64,000 nt of DNA, taken from assembly GCF_009914755.1 (NCBI RefSeq), contig NC_060936.1; one strand, 5' to 3'. Below are positions 14,801-25,490 of the stretch, piece by piece (position 1 is the first letter of the stretch; every line of letters starts with the position of its first letter). The stretch is from the human T2T-CHM13v2.0 reference genome, Homo sapiens. A model generated the notes under the pieces. It made no database searches and was not told where the DNA came from. It saw only the letters and a list, made by a program, of their open reading frames with translations. The translations under genes were made by a program, and so were the position numbers.

Positions 14801-15059
14801 AAAAAATGGCAAAGTGCTTTGCACAGTGCCCGGATCATAGTAAACAATCACCACCTCTATTAAAGCAGCATAGACATAGAGGCTTGTCATGAAGAGTATC
14901 ATGAGAAATTCTCTTCTGCTTTGGAATGTTTCAGCCTGAATATTTTGAGATTTAAAACATTTCTAAAGCAGGGAAACTTTACGGGATAAGACTTGGACAA
15001 GGAGTCTGATTTGTGGATTTCCCCTTATTCTGAGCCAACTGCACCATGGGGCTTCACCT

Positions 15060-15945
<886 letters not shown>

Positions 15946-16180
15946 ACAATAACCCTGTGCAGTAGGTTCTGTTGTTATCCCACTTGACAAATGTGTTCTT
16001 CCTGTGTAGCTGGGGCACAGGAATGTGAATGAATCCTGTGATCTACCAAGGAAAAAGAGTGGGCATGGTTTGCCCCTCCTGGAAGATATATTTTATCATT
16101 GACTTTGTTTAGAATTACTGGCACATGACAGTAATATAAAGCACACTGATTGTAGTCAGTATGATTATATTGCTTTTAAA

Positions 16181-16498
16181 TTTTTTCTTTCTTTTTTTTT
16201 TTTTTTTTTTTTTTTGAGACAAGGTCCCATTCTGTCACTCAGGCTGAAGTGCAGTGGCACAATCATGGCTCACTGCTGCCTTGACCTCCTAGGCTCAGGT
16301 GATCCTACTGCCTCAGCCTCCTGAGTAGCTGGGAACCACAGGTGTGCACCACCATGCGTGGCTAATTTTTTAAGCATGTGTAGGGATGGAGTCTCCTTAT
16401 GTTGCCCAAGCTGGTCTTGAACTCCTGGGCTCCAGCAATCATCCCACCTCAGCCTCCCCAAATTCTGGGATTACAGGCGTGAGCCACTGTGGCCAGCC
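16181..16498 (-). mobile_element. AluJ
   Basis: Poly-T followed by an antisense Alu dimer; TSD approximately CTTTTAAATTTT. Confidence 0.93.
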
Positions 16499-16728
16499 CT
16501 TTTAAATTTTCTACTAATCATGCACCTGTCACTCTGTGCAGCTGGGGCAGGCCAGTCCCACTGCCCTTAATGTGCCGCCAACCTAATCTCACCAATTTGA
16601 TTAACCAATGAAAGACATCAATCTGGAAGTGAGAAACACAGGTAGGTAAATATAAGTGATGTCTTTTTTTTGGATGAACATGGTGGAAGACACACTCAGC
16701 TTTTCACGGGGAGCAATGGCAGGGGAGT

Positions 16729-17248
16729 TGTGATATAAATGAGCCATAAATGGCCTCTGTATATTAACCCTAAGTTGGCCTCTGTATATTGGCCCTTGGT
16801 TGTTTATTTTTTCACTGTAGGCTGAGACCTATTAGGTAAAAAGCCCAAGAAATGAAATTCAAATTTTTGCACATCCAATTGTTTTAAAAATAGCCCGAAC
16901 AGATTTCCCGTCATTTAGAGCCTATGCTGGAAAACCTCAGCTCTTAGCCATTGATAAGAAAGGGCCTTGTAATTATGCGGCCCCAGGCCACTGCTGCCCT
17001 TTGGAGCTCTCTGACTCAGAGACCACTGTGCTGATGAGCCCCAGCATCTAGACAAATAACCTACTGTCTGATCCCCTTTCTTTGAGGAGTCCCCTTGCCC
17101 TCCTCTCCTCTGGATGGTCTCCTGCTGTAAGGACTTCACCTGTCATGCAGCCACTTTCAAGCACTGCTCAGTAATGCTTGTGGTGTATTACTGCCTCTGC
17201 TGGTCATATCCTTTTCCTTGATCAGCTTCGAAATGGAAACCCCTAACA
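16729..17248 (+). mobile_element. ERV1-class solo LTR (MER89/MER67-like)
   Basis: TG..CA termini; TGGCCTCTGTATATT (tandem-duplicated) and AAATTTTTGCACATCCAATTGTTTTAAAAATAGCCC recalled from MER89-type LTRs. Confidence 0.6.
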
Positions 17249-17346
17249 GAGGTGTTGTTTAAAACAGTTAAACTGAGGTGTCTGTAGCATAGCGGTAGCA
17301 GTTGTCCTTGCTGAAGTGTCGCAGGTTAGATTTATTCCTGACAATA

Positions 17347-17917
17347 CAGCAGTCCCTCTTAATCCTCAGGGGATATGTTCCAAGACCCCCAGTGGATTCC
17401 TGAAACCACAGATAGTACTGTACCTAATTGCCATCCACTGGAAGACATTTCTGTTCATGTCTTCCACCTACAAATGTAATGCATTTTCCTTCTTAACTAA
17501 GCACTTATCACGCACTGTAGCCATGACTTTTGCAGTCTGAGATACAATAGCAAAACTCGCATGAATTTCTTTTTCCTTTTTCACAATTTCACGGATAGAA
17601 GATTCGTTCTTACTGTAGATCTTAGCAACCTCAGCATATGATTTTTTTTCTTCCGTCATTAAGTCGAGAACTTTCACCTTTTTTACATTAAGGAAGCATT
17701 TTGGCATATCCAAATTGCTAGCATCACCGCTCTTGTGCTTTGGGGCCATTATTAAGTAAAATAAAGGTTACTTGAACACAAGCACTGCAATACTGTGACA
17801 GTCGATCTGATGACCTAGATGGCTACTAAGTGACTGACAGGTGGGGATGCTGGACAAAGGGAGGATTCCCCGTGCGGGGTGGGACAGAATGAGATGGCTG
17901 GAGATTTCATCACGCTA
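17347..17917 (-). mobile_element. MER44 (Tigger7 deletion derivative) with a fossil transposase N-terminal HTH; one TIR missing
   Basis: TA followed by the TIR CAGCAGTCCCTCTTAATCC; ORF 17468-17749 MAPKHKSGDASNLDMPK..KVLDL..KKSYAEVAKIYSKNESSIREIVKKEKEI (pogo/CENP-B-type HTH). Confidence 0.88.
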
Positions 17918-19019
17918 TTCCATGCCTCCCCAATCTAGTTCATTTGTTGCCGTCTTTCTCTACTGCATGCCAACCCAGACTTCCAACATACCAAATTTTG
18001 CCCAGCTCACACACGTCAGACACCTCCTTGTCCAGAGCCAAGGATGAGAGAAATAGCAATTAGGATTCTGTCATTGAGCTGGAGTATAATGAATGGTGTC
18101 TCCCTTTGTAGTGGCCCCCCTTTGGGAATGACTTCACGTGTTCAGGAGCCCTTGAGCTCCCCCGTCCATTTGGCCAGTGTTCAATGACATCATGCAGAAG
18201 GAACCAGCATGCTGCTGGCTAAAGGACCCCAGTAAGTCATGCTGTGGATGTGAGAAATCAGCTAGGCCTTCCCAGAAAGGCATCCTCATCCAAGGTACCA
18301 TTAGTAATGCTGCTATTTGCAATCATAATAAAAATAAAAGTAATAGGAAAATCGCATAGAGGCAATTCTGCTGCCTACTGGATTTTTAATTTTCTTGAGG
18401 ATGCCAGCGGCAATCTTGGGCCCATTATGTCTAAATGAGGCACATTATAAAAGGCTTGCAAAGTCCAAACTGCTTTTACAGTCATTAATTAGCCAGACTT
18501 GTAAATAGGCCCATAAGATTAAGCTTGGGTATGGTCTCTGGTCTCTAGAATGGGGCTGTAGTATGCAGGGAAGTCAAATATCAGTTGTTCAGTCATTATC
18601 TGCCCTTCTTTCTTATCTCAGTTCTAATCAGATGTTGCCTTTTTGGGGGGTTGAAAGAGGGAGATGCTACACAACCAAACACCTGATGAGAATGCTCTGA
18701 ACTTCCCTGCAAGGCTGTGGGCAGTGTGAGCACAGGGACTGATGGTGTCATCTTAGTTCCTGTACACACAGCATCTTATACTCAGCAGGTGTATCAGCCA
18801 GCATTTCTGGCAAGTGAAAGGAATTTCACTCTGGCTTTCTTCACCTAAAAGAAAACATACAAGAAGGATTTGGGGGTGCATGAAATGAATGAATGAGAAA
18901 CTGAAGAATCAGGCTTGCAAGAGAATAAGCACCAGGAATTCCAGCAAATGTCCAGCAGCAGGAATGGTGTGGTTCATGACTTTAACCGTCTTCAGGCACT
19001 TGCTCAAGATTCAGAGCCC

Positions 19020-19055
<36 letters not shown>

Positions 19056-19228
19056 ATATGTATATATATATGTGTGTATATATATGTGTATGTATGTATA
19101 TATACGTATATATACGTGTATATATATACATATATATGTGTATATATAGGCTCAGAATCTTGAATGTATATATGTATATATGTATGTATATATGTATATA
19201 TATGTATATATGTGTATATATATGTATA

Positions 19229-19283
<55 letters not shown>
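19020..19283. repeat. Compound (TA)n/(TG)n/(TATG)n microsatellite with a 15-bp unique spacer at 19149-19163
   Basis: Read directly from the sequence. Confidence 0.95.
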
Positions 19284-19663
19284 CCTAACCACCAAGACCT
19301 CAGAATGTGACCTTCTTTGAAAATAGGGGTTTTGCAGAAGTATTAGTTACGGTGAAGTCATATGTATGGCAGGTGTCCTCATAAGAAGACAGCCATGGGG
19401 AGGCACAGAGATACAGGGTGAATGCCAACTGAAGAGAGAGGCAGAGACTAGAGTGATGCGTTTGCAAGCTAAGGATTGCTGGAAGCTACCAAAAGCTAGG
19501 AGAGACGCATGGAACAGATTCTCCCTTAGAAACTTTGGGAGTAACCAGTCCTGCCATTCCCTTGATCTCAGACAGCTCGACTCCAGAACAGGGAGACAAT
19601 TTCTGTTGTTTGAAGAAACCCAGTTTGTGGTACTTTGTTATAGGAGCCCTAGGAAAATAGTAG
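19284..19663 (+). mobile_element. MLT1C-like MaLR LTR
   Basis: ACCTCAGAATGTGACCTTCTTTGAAAATAGGG..GCATGGAACAGATTCTCCC..TTTGTGGTACTTTGTTATAGGAGCCCTAGGAAA. Confidence 0.88.
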
Positions 19664-19995
19664 AGATGATCTGAAGGCTTGAACCTGAGCAACTACAAGG
19701 TTATGGTTGCCATTGATTAAGGTAAGGAACACTAGATAAGGTTCTCCATAGAGAGGGTAAATGACAATTGTATGCATATGTGATTCTGGGTTTACCAGAC
19801 AGATTAAGTTTATTCCTATAGAACAGAGTTTCTCAGTCATGGCACTAACTATATTTGAAGCCAGATAATTATTTGTTATGCAGGTCTGTCCTATGCATTG
19901 TAGGATGTGTTTGCAGCATCCCTGGCTTCTGCTATACAGATACTACTAACACCAGCCACCCTACCCAAGTCATTACAATAAAAAAAGTCTTCAGA

Positions 19996-20308
19996 GGCCG
20001 GGCGCGGTGGCTCACGCCTGTAATCCCAGCACTTTGGGAGGCCGAGGCGGGTGGATCATGAGGTCAGGAGATCGAGACCATCCTGGCTAACAAGGTGAAA
20101 CCCCGTCTCTACTAAAAATACAAAAAAAAAAATTAGCCGGGCGCGGTGGCGGGCGCCTGTAGTCCCAGCTACTCAGGAGGCTGAGGCAGGAGAATGGCGT
20201 GAACCCGGGAAGCGGAGCTTGCAGTGAGCCGAGATTGCGCCACTGCAGTCCGCAGTCCGGCCTGGGCGACAGAGCGAGACTCCGTCTCAAAAAAAAAAAA
20301 AAAAAAAA
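19996..20308 (+). mobile_element. AluYb8 (human-specific, young)
   Basis: Yb diagnostics GGTGGATCATGAGG, CTAACAAGGTG, GGAAGCGGAGC and the 7-nt duplication CACTGCAGTCCGCAGTCCGGCC; CpGs nearly intact; TSD AAAAAAGTCTTCAG at 19981-19994 and 20303-20316. Confidence 0.97.
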
Positions 20309-20337
20309 GTCTTCAGTCATTGATATGCTTTAGGAGG

Positions 20338-20985
20338 TGTTTTAGTCCACTTGGGCTGCCGTAACAAAATAATCTTAGATTAGGTAATTTATAAACAGCA
20401 GAAATTTATTGCTCACAGTTTGGGAGGCTGGGAAGTCCAAGATCAAGGCACCAGCAGATTTAGTGTCTGGTGAGCATGCTCTCTCTCTCTCTCTCTCCCT
20501 TTGAGACAGGGTCCTGCTCTGTTGCCCAGGCTGATGTGCAATAGCATGATCATGGTTCACTGCAGCCTTGACCTCCCAGGCTCAAGCAATCCTCCCACCT
20601 CAGCTTCCTGAACAGCTGGGACTACAGGTGTGTGACACCATGCCTGGCTAATTTTTAAATCTTTGTGCAGAGACAGGGTCTTCCTCTCTTGCGTAGGCTG
20701 GTCTTGAACTCCTGAGCTCAAGCGATCCTCCAGCCTCTGCCTCCCAAAATGCTGGCATTACAGGTGGGCTTTCTCTCTCCTTCAAAGATGGCATTTCCCT
20801 CTGGTAGAAGAAGCAAGCAAGCTCCCTCAAACTTCTTTTATAAGGACACAAATTACATTTATAAGGGCAGAGCCCTCATAGCCTAATCACATCCCAAAGA
20901 CCCCACCTCTTAATACCACCACATTGGGGATTAGGTTCAACATATGAATTTGAGGGGAGGGTGCACAAACATTCATATCATAGCA
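20338..20985 (-). mobile_element. MST/MLT1A-type MaLR LTR containing an AluJ
   Basis: TGTTTTAGTCC..GAAATTTATTGCTCACAGTT..GGAAGTCCAAGATCAAGG ... AAACATTCATATCATAGCA. Confidence 0.85.
20479..20768 (-). mobile_element. AluJ with a (CT)n tail
   Basis: Antisense Alu text GAGACAGGGTCCTGCTCTGTTGCCCAGG..GGCATTACAGGTG. Confidence 0.9.
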
Positions 20986-21037
20986 GGGGACAAAATTGTC
21001 TTTGGTTAAGAACCATTGTATAGAAAAACTGGAGCTA

Positions 21038-21332
21038 GGCTGGGCTTGGTGGCTCATGCCTGCAATCCTAGCATTTTGGGAGGCTGAGGTGGGCAGACTG
21101 CCAGAGCTCAGGAGTTCGAGAACAGCCTGTGCAACATGGTGAAACCCTGTCTCTACTAAAAATACAAAAAGTTAGCTGGGCTTGGTGGCATTCACCGGTA
21201 GTCCCAGCTTGGGGGGCTGAGGTAGGAGAATCGCTTGAGCCCAGGAGGCAGAGGTTGCAGTGAGCCAAGACACGCCACTGCACTCCAGTTTGGGTGACAG
21301 AGCGAGACTCTGACTCCAGAAAAAAAAAAAAA
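21038..21332 (+). mobile_element. Alu (Jb/S-like)
   Basis: Full dimer with A tail. Confidence 0.93.
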
Positions 21333-21462
21333 GGAAAGAGAGAAGAAGGAAGGAAGGAAACAGAGAGAGAGAAAGAAAGAAACAAAAAGAAAGAAAGAAA
21401 GAAAAGAAAAGAAAGAGAAGGAAGGAAGGAAGAGAAAGAAAGAGAAAGAAAGAAAGAAAGAA

Positions 21463-21510
<48 letters not shown>

Positions 21511-21512
21511 AA
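21333..21512. repeat. (GAAA)n/(GGAA)n polypurine tract grown from the Alu tail
   Basis: About 180 nt of almost pure purine. Confidence 0.95.
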
Positions 21513-22078
21513 CTCCCAGAACCTAAATTTACTGAAACTTGAATCTTTATTCATCTATGGATTCCTCAACATATTTATTACTTCACTGAAAGTTCTCATG
21601 AGAGCCTCCTTTCGGTTTGAGCCAATTAATACCATCTGGTCATATTCATTTAATTGTTTATCATGTATTTCCATTCTAGAATATAACTCCACGAGGGCAA
21701 GGATTTTGCTTGTCTTGTTCCCAAATGTATCTGTCTCAAAAAAAAAAAAAAAAAGATTGACTAGAACAATATTGGTGGAAAAGGTTCTGAACTGTAGAAT
21801 GCTGCACATATGGAAGCCACTAGACATTTCCTGCCTGGCCCATTTAGGTGTCTCTGCAAGTAATTCAGAAAGGCTCTTTTGAACCAATTTTTAAAAATTA
21901 TTTTTGAGTTACACATGGCTATATTCTTCTTTTTTAAAAAAATTAAAACATTATAAATAAAGATAGAACTCTTTTAATCACCCCCTCAATCTTTATTCCT
22001 TTTCCACCTCTTTCTTCTGGAATGTATCCTTCCACACCTTTCTCTGTGTTGCAAAAAGTGTGCATAGAAAATATGTAG

Positions 22079-22195
22079 GGCTGGGTACAGTGGCTCACAC
22101 CTATAATCCCAGAACTTTGGGAGGCCAAGGGGAAGAATCACTTGACGCCTGGAGTTTGAGAGCAGCCTGGGCAACATAGTGAGACCCCATCTCTA
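22079..22195 (+). mobile_element. FLAM (free left Alu monomer)
   Basis: Left arm only; TSD approximately AGAAA(A)TAT(G/A)TAG. Confidence 0.88.
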
Positions 22196-22349
22196 TTTTT
22201 AAAAATCACAAATCATAAATAAATAAAGAAATATATAGCATTATTTCACCTGTGTTTTGTATATACAGACATAAATCATATTACACTGTATGTATCATAT
22301 TGCAACTTGCTTTTTTTAATTCAAAGGGGAAAAGTATGTTGTTAAAATC

Positions 22350-22580
22350 CTTGAAAAGTAGTATGGCTTTTGGAGCTAGATGACCTGGTTTTGAATGTCC
22401 TGTGTACTCATGTGAACTTGGGCACATTATTTAACATCTTGGTGCCTCAGTTGTTCTGTTAGCATAATTTGGGAACCTCCTCAATAACTGTTGTAAGGAT
22501 TAAGCTGTTTATTGTGGGTAGGCATTTAGGAGAGTTTCTGGAGCATCCCTGCCCCTGGACAAGTGTGCATGGATATTATT
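22350..22580 (+). mobile_element. MIR
   Basis: GGCTTTTGGAGCTAGATGACCTGGTTTTGAAT..CTTGGGCACATTATTTAAC..GTGCCTCAGTT. Confidence 0.75.
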
Positions 22581-23386
22581 ATCTATCTGACAGAGGACGT
22601 GGTCCTTTTGCTGCTACAAAGTATTTCACAGTGTGGTTATTTCCCCATTGATGGATATTAGATCATTTCCTGTATTTTGGCTATTACAAGCAACTCAGTG
22701 TTGAAAATCTTTGTGTAGCTCTCATTGTGCACATCCATCTGCATTCTTCTCTAGGATAGATGCCAGGGAAAGAAATCTCTGGATCCTAGGGCACATGCAT
22801 TTTTTAGTTTTAATAAATATTGCCAAACAGTCCCCCAAAGGGGCTGAACCAAGGTACACTCCTATCTGTAGAGTGTGAGGATCAAATTCTTACCAGGTTG
22901 AATCTGTGTTTTTGGATAAACCTAACCCCTCTCATGTTCATTAAGCCACATCTATTTTCAGAGCTCAGTCGACATCTCTGGCTGCTCCCTCTTCATTTTT
23001 CCAGCTTTGTGTCCTCAAGCAGCTCCTTGCTATTGTTTTCCTTCCTGACTCTTGTTTAATGCGGCCAAGTGCTTTTGGAATCCTGGGTAATAATGGCAGA
23101 CAACATGCAGTGGGTATGGGAAATTGGAGGTGCTGAATATAGCATTTGTAAGGAGTCTTTGGCATGATTTCAGCCTGAAACGGAGCACTTTGCACTCAAC
23201 CTAAATTGCCTCAATTGCACCTGGCATGCTGGGTGGAGGTGGCACAACTCATACGGTCTGAATATTTCTCCGGAACAGGATGGGCTGTCTTCCCCAGCCT
23301 TCGAAGCAGGACACCAACTTACCACGGAGATAAGACTTAAACCTAGCTTTGGACTTGAAACAGCACTTTCCTTTTAAACCCTACAG

Positions 23387-23410
23387 ATGTCAGCAAAAGA
23401 CCTTTTGTTG
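23387..23410 (+). other. Candidate 24-nt microexon (unverified)
   Basis: CACTTTCCTTTTAAACCCTACAG|ATGTCAGCAAAAGACCTTTTGTTG|GTAATC; length is a multiple of 3 and open in all three frames; lies in a repeat-free block. Confidence 0.3.
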
Positions 23411-24117
23411 GTAATCTTGGGGGGTGGTAATTCCTTAATATAAAGAAAAGAAAAATTTGGTAATTTAGGGCCTCAACTGACTATCCTAAAATCCACTTCA
23501 TTTATTCATTATTATTTTGGGAGAAGTGTAAGATTTGCAAAACAGAACTGAAAAGATTCTCCAAAAATTCCAAATAAGCACCTTAGCAGCTCCCTGGGAG
23601 GAGAAGATGAATTTAAAGCGATCATATATTTTTATTTTTTCACCCAAAGTTTACCCCACAGCAACCTTTCATCATGATGATTGTGTTTAGTCAACTATCA
23701 GCTTAGGTGACTGTTTTGTTCTATTTGCTCTCCCTGCCTGGAAAAAAAAAGGGCTTTGAAATAAATTTCTGGAATAGTGCTTGGCATTCAAATGCTAATG
23801 AGATAGTGAGGCAAAGCGTTGGACGCTAAATGTTTACATTAAAATGGAAATATGTAATCGATTTTTCCAATAGGGTCTTCTATTCACTGTTAAAATATAC
23901 TTTATGAGACTAAAAACAAAACAACCACAAAAAAATCGCCCTCTGTAAGTAATACCGGCTGAGGCAGCAACTTCTTGGTGAGCTACAGCCCCGACCAGGT
24001 ATAGAGATAATTGTTTCCAATACTGCATCAGTACACACCATTGTCCTTGTTATAATAAAAAGAAAGGGAGATTCATTTCTTATCTAAGCATGGGATTATT
24101 ATCACTGTAGGTACTTT

Positions 24118-24412
24118 CTTTCTTTCTTTCTTTTTTTGAGACGGAATCTCACTCTGTCACTGAAGCTGGAGTGCAGTGGTGCAATCTGGGCTCACTGCAA
24201 CCTCTGTCTCTAGGGTTCAAGCAATTCTCCTGCCTCAGCCTCCATAGTAGCTAAGAGTAAAGGCACGTGCCACCACGCCTGGCTAATTTTTGTATTTTTA
24301 GTAGAGACAGGGTTTCACCATATTGGCGAGGCTGGTCTCAAACTTCTGACCTCATGATCTACTCACCTTGGCCAAAGTACTGGGATTACAGGTATGAGCC
24401 ACCGCACCAGCC
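24118..24412 (-). mobile_element. AluS (Sg/Sc-like)
   Basis: Antisense dimer; TSD ACTGTAGGTACTTT at 24104-24117 and 24413-24426. Confidence 0.95.
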
Positions 24413-24949
24413 ACTGTAGGTACTTTTTTAATGGTGGTGATTACTGAGTAAAATAATATCTTCTTTTTAGATGCCTCTCTCCAACCCCCCACCCCCAAAA
24501 AGTTGATCTTTCGAAATGATAATGTTGAAATTCTTTTAGTCTATTTGTTTGACCATTCTAGATGGTTTGAGAAAAAGTGGATTAAACACTAGTGTTTTGG
24601 AGTTTGAGAGATGTAAATTGGAATTGAAGCTCTGCCATTTCCTGGCTGTGCAGCTTAGGGTTTCTTTGAGCCTTGGTCGTCACATCTGAAAAATGCTGCT
24701 CAGGCTGAAAGAAGAGCTGGGTTACCAGAAAATATGGAAAAGAAAGCCCACTTTAGATAAAAATTCAAAATATCTTCCTATTATGGGCACAAGATATCAA
24801 TAATAAAATGAACTAATGTTTATCTTGTGTTCATTATATGCCAGTCACTGTTTAAAAGCTATTTGCATTAACAAATGTAATTCTTCTAATAACTTTATTA
24901 AGTAGATACTATTATTAGGTAGGTACTTATATCAGTTTTAAACATAGTG

Positions 24950-25490
24950 GTTAACTTATTCAAACAAATATTTACTGAATGTGTTTGCATTTCTCAGCAA
25001 AATAGGATTAGTTGATTTATTCATTAAAATGTATATTAAGTACCTACTGTGTACCAGGCATATATAATTCTGGAGATATATTGGTGAGCAAAATTAAGAG
25101 TCTTTGCTCTTAGAGAAATTAGCATCTTGCCTACAACCATACCACCCTGAACGTGCCCGATCTCATCTAATCTTGGAAGCTAAGCAGGATCGGGCCTGGT
25201 TAATACTTGGATGGCAGAAGTTAGAGTCTGGGTAAAAAGGTAGATTGTATTCAGCTTCTCTAAAAAATGATGAATTGTTATAAAGTGAACAATATGTGAA
25301 GGATACAGCGACTTGCTCCTGTAAGAGAAGCTAACAAAGACATCTGTTGTAGACTGGGAAAGTGACTTGGGTGCTGAAATCTAAAGGAGATGCCAGAATT
25401 GATTAAGTGAGGAACAGAGCATAGGTGGGTGTGTTCCAGGCAGTGGGAGCAGTCCTTGCATAGGCCCCAGAGTGGGAGGAACATGGGTTG
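24950..25490 (-). mobile_element. L2 3' region, host of the 5S pseudogene
   Basis: TTCAAACAAATATTTACTGA; TACCTACTGTGTACCAGGCA; TTCCAGGCAGTGGGAGCAG..TGCATAGGCCC. Confidence 0.7.
25129..25218 (+). pseudogene. 5S rRNA retropseudogene (RNA5SP type), nt 1 to about 90, tailless
   Basis: GCCTACAACCATACCACCCTGAACGTGCCCGATCTCATCTAATCTTGGAAGCTAAGCAGGATCGGGCCTGGTTAATACTTGGATGGCAGA matches human 5S at about 89%; lacks the last ~30 nt. Confidence 0.95.

Larger units (their letters stand above)
19824..21018. mobile_element. MER20 split by AluYb8 and by an MST/MLT1A LTR
   Basis: CAGAGTTTCTCAGTC..GATAATTATTTGTT..TGCATTGTAGGATGTGTTTGCAGCATCCCTGGC; the terminus GACAAAATTG..GGTTAAGAACCATTG resumes at 20986. 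Confidence 0.8.
21890..22880 (-). mobile_element. Old L1ME-like 3' region containing FLAM and MIR insertions
   Basis: CCCCATTGATGGATATTAGATCATTTCC..GGCTATTACAAGC..TTGCCAAACAG.. Confidence 0.6.

Noticed and set aside
18889-19288. Y/I/C/V-rich ORFs, and similar K/E/R- or F/S/L-rich ORFs at 21068-21554, 27139-27411 and 56306-56764
   Set aside because: Translations of microsatellites
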